64,000 bases of DNA from an uncultured Dehalococcoidia bacterium (lineage in GTDB: Bacteria; Chloroflexota; Dehalococcoidia; Lucifugimonadales; UBA826): assembly GCA_964409595.1 (NCBI GenBank), contig CAYPDR010000018.1, positions 56,064-120,063 on the forward strand. The letters are read 5' to 3'. Positions 58,845 to 64,000 of this stretch are shown here, piece after piece; within the stretch, counting starts at the first letter, position 1; every line of letters begins with the position of its first letter. The notes beneath the pieces are model-generated. The model searched no databases and was not told where the DNA came from. It saw only the letters and a list, made by a program, of their open reading frames with translations. A program made the translations under genes and the position numbers.

Positions 58845-60146
58845 ATGTCAAATTGGATTAGACCAACAACATCAATTATTTTTTTTTCACTGCCTTTTCT
58901 GATATTTGCCACTTTCGAACTCGCCCCCCTTGTACATGCCCACACTTTGACCCAACAACCTCATGATGAGGTACTGGTCTCTTCGTACGCACATGACATC
59001 AATTTCCCTGAAGAAATATTATTTTCAATCGAAGGCTCTTCCAAAGTCCAATTATTGGAGATTAAATTAGTGCTGCAAATCGGAAACTCTGGGGTTATCA
59101 CTTATCGGTACGTTAAAGTCGATCAAGATATCGAAACCAATGGATTTGAAGGTACCACGACTTTAGCCACGAACGGCCGTTCATACATACCAAGCGGAGT
59201 ATCAATCAAATATTATTTTGAAGTCACGGATGCACAAGAGAACAATTATTACACGCACCCAACAAATTTTACCTATTTGGACCCTCGGTATTCATGGAAA
59301 AGTATGAACATTGATCCTATAACGGTACATTGGCATGGATTTTCTGAAGATGAAGTTTATGAAACTATACAAAGAACCAGAGGACAAGTGAGTCGAATAA
59401 GAGACATCGTAGGAGTTGATGAGGTTCAACCGATTAAAGGGATAATCATTAACACTCCCGGGGAAGCATTAAAAACGTTCCCGCCAGTTAGTGAGGCTGC
59501 CACAAGAGATGGGCTTTATGGAGGATTTGCTTTCAAAGACTACGATTTGTTCATGGTCGGAGGCCTCAATGCCAATAGCATGATTCATGAAACTGTGCAC
59601 CTGATTGTAGGTCAATCCATCGACTCGCCTTTTAGCAAAATTCCCGCTTGGCTCAATGAAGGGTTAGCTATGCACTTTGAATCCCAGACTCCAATCAGAG
59701 CTCATGAAATCACCGAGAGAATTAGAAAAGGTGATCTGCCTTCATTATCTACAATGAAATCTGTGCCTGGTCGCCCAGAAGACGTGCGATTATTTTATGC
59801 TCAGTCTAACGCTATAGTAGAACATATGATGGATAAATTCGGGGAGCATAAGATGCCGGAGCTATTGTCAGAATTAAAGAGTGGGTCAGATATAGAGTCA
59901 TCACTAAAAAAAGTGTATGGCTTAACATCAGTGGAACTACAGGAGGACTGGGAGGAAAATCTTCTTCCAACTTTTAACAGGAAACTTATAGTCGATCCTG
60001 GCACTTTCTGGACTTCGTCCATGTTGGCCGGGGTTTTCATTGTAGCCATCACAATAATGGGCATTAAATGGCTAAGAGGAAAGATTAATGGGACAGATAA
60101 GTCAACATACTATATGAAAAGTAACGGGAGCGGAGACGATTATTAG
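58845..60146 (+). CDS. Membrane-anchored peptidase MA (gluzincin-like) family protein
   Basis: Signal peptide, HExxH (HETVH) followed by LNEGLAMHFE, and a C-terminal TM helix. Confidence 0.65.
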   Translation: MSNWIRPTTSIIFFSLPFLIFATFELAPLVHAHTLTQQPHDEVLVSSYAHDINFPEEILFSIEGSSKVQLLEIKLVLQIGNSGVITYRYVKVDQDIETNGFEGTTTLATNGRSYIPSGVSIKYYFEVTDAQENNYYTHPTNFTYLDPRYSWKSMNIDPITVHWHGFSEDEVYETIQRTRGQVSRIRDIVGVDEVQPIKGIIINTPGEALKTFPPVSEAATRDGLYGGFAFKDYDLFMVGGLNANSMIHETVHLIVGQSIDSPFSKIPAWLNEGLAMHFESQTPIRAHEITERIRKGDLPSLSTMKSVPGRPEDVRLFYAQSNAIVEHMMDKFGEHKMPELLSELKSGSDIESSLKKVYGLTSVELQEDWEENLLPTFNRKLIVDPGTFWTSSMLAGVFIVAITIMGIKWLRGKINGTDKSTYYMKSNGSGDDY

Positions 60147-60342
60147 AATGAGTGAAGGTGAAAAAAGGACAGTGAGAGGAACCAACTCTAAGAAATAATT
60201 AACGTCCGTCCGATAGAGGGATGAGTGGCATCAATGCAAATAGCTTCAATAATAAGACAATGTAAACCCACATATGCAATAGGTTAGACCCGTTACATCA
60301 AACTCAGTATTTATCTACGAAGACCGGCTTTCCAGGCACACA

Positions 60343-61410
60343 TTGGGCCCTGCTCACCCAATGAAACCTATACGCCTCAAATACACCTACGACTTGTTGG
60401 ACGCTTACAAAGCTTTTGAAAACAAAAATAGTAAGCTCCTGGCCGGACGTAGGGCGACAGATAAAGAGATCCTTTCGTACCATTCAACAGAATACTTTCA
60501 AGGGGTTCAATCCCTAGGAAGGGAAGAGAATTCCGTGGATCCAGCGTCATTCAATTTCGACTACGGCGATAATCCCTTTTATAAAGGTATGGACGAAGCT
60601 GCGCTTCTGTCGACGGGATCCACTATGGCGGCAGTCGATATACTCCTATCTGGAAGTGCAACTTCTGCGTTTAATATCTCGGGCGGTCTTCACCATGCGA
60701 TGCCTGACCATGCCTATGGATTCTGTGTATTCAATGATCCAGTGATTGCCATAAACGCATTTCTAGAACAGAACTTGAAAGTCGCTTACGTTGACATAGA
60801 TTGTCATCATGGAGACGGGGTCCAATTAGCATATTATGGCACAGACCGAGTACTCACAATATCGATGCACGAATCTGGATCCTATTTATTCCCAGGCACT
60901 GGATCCACAAGCGAAACAGGAACAGGAGCAGGCAAAGGATATTCAGTCAATATTCCTCTATATCCGTATACTACAGATGAAGACTACATGTGGGCCTTTA
61001 AGGAGACAGTACCTCAAATCGTCGACCAATTCCAACCAGATGTGTTGGTCACGCAATTAGGAATTGACACCCATTTTCTAGATCCGATTACCCATCTCGC
61101 TTTAACAGTGCAAGGGCATGCTGCCATCGTGGAAGAACTAAAAGGAATCAGCCCCGAAATGTGGCTAGCACTAGGTGGAGGAGGATATGATACTCAATCG
61201 GTCGCCCGCGCCTGGACTCTGGATTATGGGATTATATCGGATCAAAAGTTCGATAACATAATCCCAGAACCATATTCATCGCTACATCAAATAAGTACCC
61301 TAAGAGATGAAAATCTCCAAGATATTCCCCCTCATATCAAGTTGGAAACACGAAAGTACGCTGAACTGAGTGTAATGGAAATTCAAAAACTTATATTCAG
61401 ACGAGACTAA
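60343..61410 (+). CDS. Histone deacetylase family / acetoin utilization protein AcuC-like
   Basis: Contains HPMKPIRL, GGLHHAMPDHAYGFCVFND and DIDCHHGDG. The conserved N-terminal strand NSVFIYEDRL lies in frame upstream of the TTG start, just after an in-frame TAG. Confidence 0.85.
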   Translation: MGPAHPMKPIRLKYTYDLLDAYKAFENKNSKLLAGRRATDKEILSYHSTEYFQGVQSLGREENSVDPASFNFDYGDNPFYKGMDEAALLSTGSTMAAVDILLSGSATSAFNISGGLHHAMPDHAYGFCVFNDPVIAINAFLEQNLKVAYVDIDCHHGDGVQLAYYGTDRVLTISMHESGSYLFPGTGSTSETGTGAGKGYSVNIPLYPYTTDEDYMWAFKETVPQIVDQFQPDVLVTQLGIDTHFLDPITHLALTVQGHAAIVEELKGISPEMWLALGGGGYDTQSVARAWTLDYGIISDQKFDNIIPEPYSSLHQISTLRDENLQDIPPHIKLETRKYAELSVMEIQKLIFRRD

Positions 61411-61545
61411 TAGTCAAACGCTATTCAAACTCTCCTTTTTTACCTTTCCGTATACAACTCTGAGATCAAGTTACTGTACTAGAGAACCCTTCAATCGTAA
61501 TATTAGTGTAGGATCGACCAAACAGCGACGAGGCGACGCAGAAAT

Positions 61546-62115
61546 ATGGCCACTCTACCAATTCTAGAAATTCCCCACCCTACGCTCAGGAAACGAGCTA
61601 AGAAAGTCCGAACTGTAGACAACAAAATGTTAAAACTAGCTTATAACATGGTTGATACTATGAAGTCCGCGGGAGGAGTGGGCCTAGCGGCTAATCAAGT
61701 CGGAGAATTGTGGAGAATAATCACTTTGCAGATGCCTGACGAAGAAGAATCCCGGGTTTATTTCAACCCTGAAATTTTACGTAGAGGCGGAACTAGAGAG
61801 GTGGAGGAAGGATGCCTAAGCCTCCCCGGATACAGAGGTATAGTTAATCGGTCAGTCTGGGTTAGATTTAAAGGAACCGATCATACAGATACAACCATTA
61901 AGTTCAAGGCCGACAGTATGCTATCTCAAGCTTTGGAACATGAAATAGACCATTTAAACGGCATCCTATACACAGACCATCTCGCGGAACATGAAAATCT
62001 CTACCGTATAGAAGAAATAAAAGAATCAGATCTAGAAGAAGATGACGAACAATCACAAATTGGAAACTACGACCCTCAAGAGTCTGAATATCCCGCCTCA
62101 CTCAAACTTAAATAG
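61546..62115 (+). CDS. def: Peptide deformylase
   Basis: Contains GVGLAANQVG, EGCLSLPG and HEIDHLNG, with an acidic C-terminal extension. Confidence 0.95.
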   Translation: MATLPILEIPHPTLRKRAKKVRTVDNKMLKLAYNMVDTMKSAGGVGLAANQVGELWRIITLQMPDEEESRVYFNPEILRRGGTREVEEGCLSLPGYRGIVNRSVWVRFKGTDHTDTTIKFKADSMLSQALEHEIDHLNGILYTDHLAEHENLYRIEEIKESDLEEDDEQSQIGNYDPQESEYPASLKLK

Positions 62116-62126
62116 CTCGGTCGTAA

Positions 62127-63665
62127 ATGCTCCAACAAGAACACAGCGGTCAAAACTACATGGTTAAATCGACCTCCATAAGTGTTACGTTTCCCCCCAA
62201 AGCAAGAAAGCTGATAAGTGCCTTGTCAAATAAAAGTGCGGCCACTTATTTCGTTGGAGGAGTGGTTCGAGATTCTCTTTTGGGAATCGACACCGATGAC
62301 ATAGACGTTGCCGTAGGGGGAGATGCACGCAAGATCGCTGTAAATGCAGCGAGGGTGTTAAAAGCGGTCCTCATCGACCTCGATCCCAACAGAGGAATAT
62401 ATAGGATAATTCTCCCTGGAAAGGAATCATTTCAAGCCGACTTTACTACAGCTTCTGAGGGAATAATAGCCGACCTATCTAATAGAGATTTCACGATTAA
62501 TTCTATTGCCATCAATACAAATTCCTTATTTGAAAGTAGCAACGGTTTGGCATTCAACATCGATGATTTAATTGACCCTCACGACGGAGCCATTGACATA
62601 GAAGAGGGAATTTTAAGAGTCGTATCGGAAACGTCTTTTCTCGATGATCCTGCTAGGCTTATCCGTGCCGTCAGATTCATGGGACAACTGGGACTGGCAG
62701 CAACAGATGAAACAGTCAAGAGTCTACGAAATCAGTGCAAGTTGATACAGAATGTAGCCCCGGAAAGAGTACGAGACGAATTCCTGAAAATACTTTCACT
62801 ACCAGACTCCGTTGAAATGCTCAAGTTTATGGACAAGATAGGATTACTCGGAAAAATTATTCCAGAAATCGAAGAAACGAAAAAAGTCGGCCAGCCTAAA
62901 GAACATTACTGGGATGTGTTTAATCACTTAATCGAATGCGTAGGACAACTTGAACGATTGTTTAAATTGAGTGGTCAAGAATCACAGGATATCGGAAAAT
63001 ATACGATAGAGGCCTTTCAGTCCTTTCCAAAATTCGATGAGCATTTCAGTCAGGACGCTGGTGATGGACACTCTAGGCTCACCATTTGCAAATTGGCCTG
63101 CCTTCTTCACGACATATCCAAACCCCAAACAAAATCGATTGATGCTAAAGGAAGAACACGGTTTTTAGGCCATCAAGAACAAGGTGCCAAAATTTCAAGC
63201 AAGATCTTAACTAGGCTTAGAATGAGCCGCCGAGTAGTGTCGCTTGTGACTACTCAAGTCCTTCACCATCTCCGACCTAGCCAAATGGCTCCGGAGGGCA
63301 AATTACCGTCTCAGAAAGCTATATACAGATACTATAGGGACGTAGGTGATGCCTCCATTGACACTCTATTCCTATACTTGGCGGATTACATGTCTGCTAG
63401 GGGACCTAGGTTGAAAGAGAGTGAATGGATCCAACATTGTTCAGTTGTAACGCACATCCTGAACCAAGGTTTCCAAGGGGAAACTTCGAAATTCATGTCA
63501 AGATTGATCGATGGACACGATATAATGGATTGGTTGTCACTTCCGCCAGGCCCGCAGATCGGCCATCTTCTATCGCAGGTAGAGGAGGCTCAAGCGGAAG
63601 GAATAGTTAAGACAAAGGAAGAAGCCTTGCGATTTGTAAGCAAGCGCTCTAAACCGGGGGAATAG
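62127..63665 (+). CDS. cca: CCA-adding enzyme / polyA polymerase family tRNA nucleotidyltransferase with HD domain
   Basis: Contains YFVGGVVRDSLLG..DDIDV and the head-domain motif RDFTINSIA, with a C-terminal HD region (LLHDISKP). Confidence 0.85.
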   Translation: MLQQEHSGQNYMVKSTSISVTFPPKARKLISALSNKSAATYFVGGVVRDSLLGIDTDDIDVAVGGDARKIAVNAARVLKAVLIDLDPNRGIYRIILPGKESFQADFTTASEGIIADLSNRDFTINSIAINTNSLFESSNGLAFNIDDLIDPHDGAIDIEEGILRVVSETSFLDDPARLIRAVRFMGQLGLAATDETVKSLRNQCKLIQNVAPERVRDEFLKILSLPDSVEMLKFMDKIGLLGKIIPEIEETKKVGQPKEHYWDVFNHLIECVGQLERLFKLSGQESQDIGKYTIEAFQSFPKFDEHFSQDAGDGHSRLTICKLACLLHDISKPQTKSIDAKGRTRFLGHQEQGAKISSKILTRLRMSRRVVSLVTTQVLHHLRPSQMAPEGKLPSQKAIYRYYRDVGDASIDTLFLYLADYMSARGPRLKESEWIQHCSVVTHILNQGFQGETSKFMSRLIDGHDIMDWLSLPPGPQIGHLLSQVEEAQAEGIVKTKEEALRFVSKRSKPGE

Positions 63666-63666
63666 A

Positions 63667-64000
63667 TTGCGAAGAAACGCTCGAGTACTGGTCATTATAG
63701 CTATAATAGTTGCGCTTTGTGGAACAGTCCTTGGTATACAGGAAATAAAGGTAAGGGAGTTTCATAGAGGCGGAGATACTCCCCTAGGTTTGAGCTTAGG
63801 CCTAGACCTTCAAGGAGGCAGTCACCTCGTTTATAGAGCATTGCTAACTGACTCCGAAACCGGGGAGGAGTTGGACGTAACCGAAAATCAGATGCAGTCC
63901 CTAAGCAAGACTATCGAAAGACGCATCAACTCCTCAGGTCTCGGCGAACCTATCATACAGATACTCGGAAATAACCGCCTCCTAGTCCAACTTCCTGGTA
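63667..64000 (+). CDS. secD: Protein translocase subunit SecD (N-terminal part; continues beyond window end)
   Basis: The TTG start lies 1 nt after the cca stop. An N-terminal TM helix is followed by LGLDLQGGSHLVY and IERRINSSGLGEP. Confidence 0.85.
   Translation, partial: MRRNARVLVIIAIIVALCGTVLGIQEIKVREFHRGGDTPLGLSLGLDLQGGSHLVYRALLTDSETGEELDVTENQMQSLSKTIERRINSSGLGEPIIQILGNNRLLVQLPG

Noticed and set aside
1-64000. Search for CRISPR arrays, IS elements or transposases, prophage genes, toxin-antitoxin pairs and known defence systems
   Set aside because: No regularly spaced direct repeats, no transposase, integrase or recombinase-like translations, and no recognisable defence-gene motifs were seen in any frame. 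The window is predominantly core metabolism.

Overview
This 64-kb window is a gene-dense stretch of bacterial chromosome at roughly 43% GC. It contains no rRNA, CRISPR array, transposase or integrase that I can see. All product calls come from reading the supplied translations against remembered family motifs; no homology search was run.

Gene content, in order:
- The minus-strand sufB-sufC-sufD-sufU Fe-S cluster assembly operon.
- An isoprenoid and quinone-related trio (YjbQ, a PNP_UDP-like protein, a polyprenyl synthase).
- A complete 11-subunit nuoABCDHIJKLMN operon that lacks nuoEFG and carries an extra 64-aa gene between nuoK and nuoL.
- nadK, a NUDIX hydrolase, an M20 peptidase and an enolase-superfamily enzyme.
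- A more accessory stretch at about 21.7-32 kb. It holds PAC2, DUF2087, an alpha/beta hydrolase, an SDR, glmU, a CNNM/CorC protein, a collagen-like lipoprotein and tRNA-Arg(CCG). It also contains three decayed genes.
- A 5'-3' exonuclease, a 2-hydroxyacid dehydrogenase and a peptide-type ABC importer without ATPase genes.
- prfB with its classical +1 frameshift, a D-aminoacylase, a penicillin-acylase family protein, priA and rplS.
- tatA and tatBC, maf, rlmD-like, lipA, an MTHFR-like gene, etfBA, an EF-G paralog, an F420:NADP reductase, a peptidase-MA protein, acuC-like, def, cca and the start of secD.

The gene content suggests a marine Chloroflexota genome (SAR202/Dehalococcoidia-like). The supporting features are F420-linked enzymes, the nuo operon lacking its N-module, a Cheo-type SOS box, and many amidohydrolases, acylases and enolase-family genes. 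This is inference only.

Most interesting observations:
1. A near-consensus promoter has a perfect GAAC-N4-GTTC LexA-type box in its spacer and drives an orphan 83-aa ORF.
2. Two tandem desulforedoxin-like micro-ORFs (38 and 47 aa) are absent from the ORF track and have their own consensus promoter next to the MTHFR-like gene.
3. A lipobox-anchored protein carries 18 Gly-X-Y collagen triplets.
4. A DUF2007-like gene is embedded in the nuo operon.
5. Two genes (CNNM, acuC-like) have conserved N-termini that lie upstream of any canonical start codon. In one of them an in-frame TAG follows the only upstream ATG.
6. Localised gene decay affects an otsB-like gene, a CaCA-like gene and an LLM remnant.
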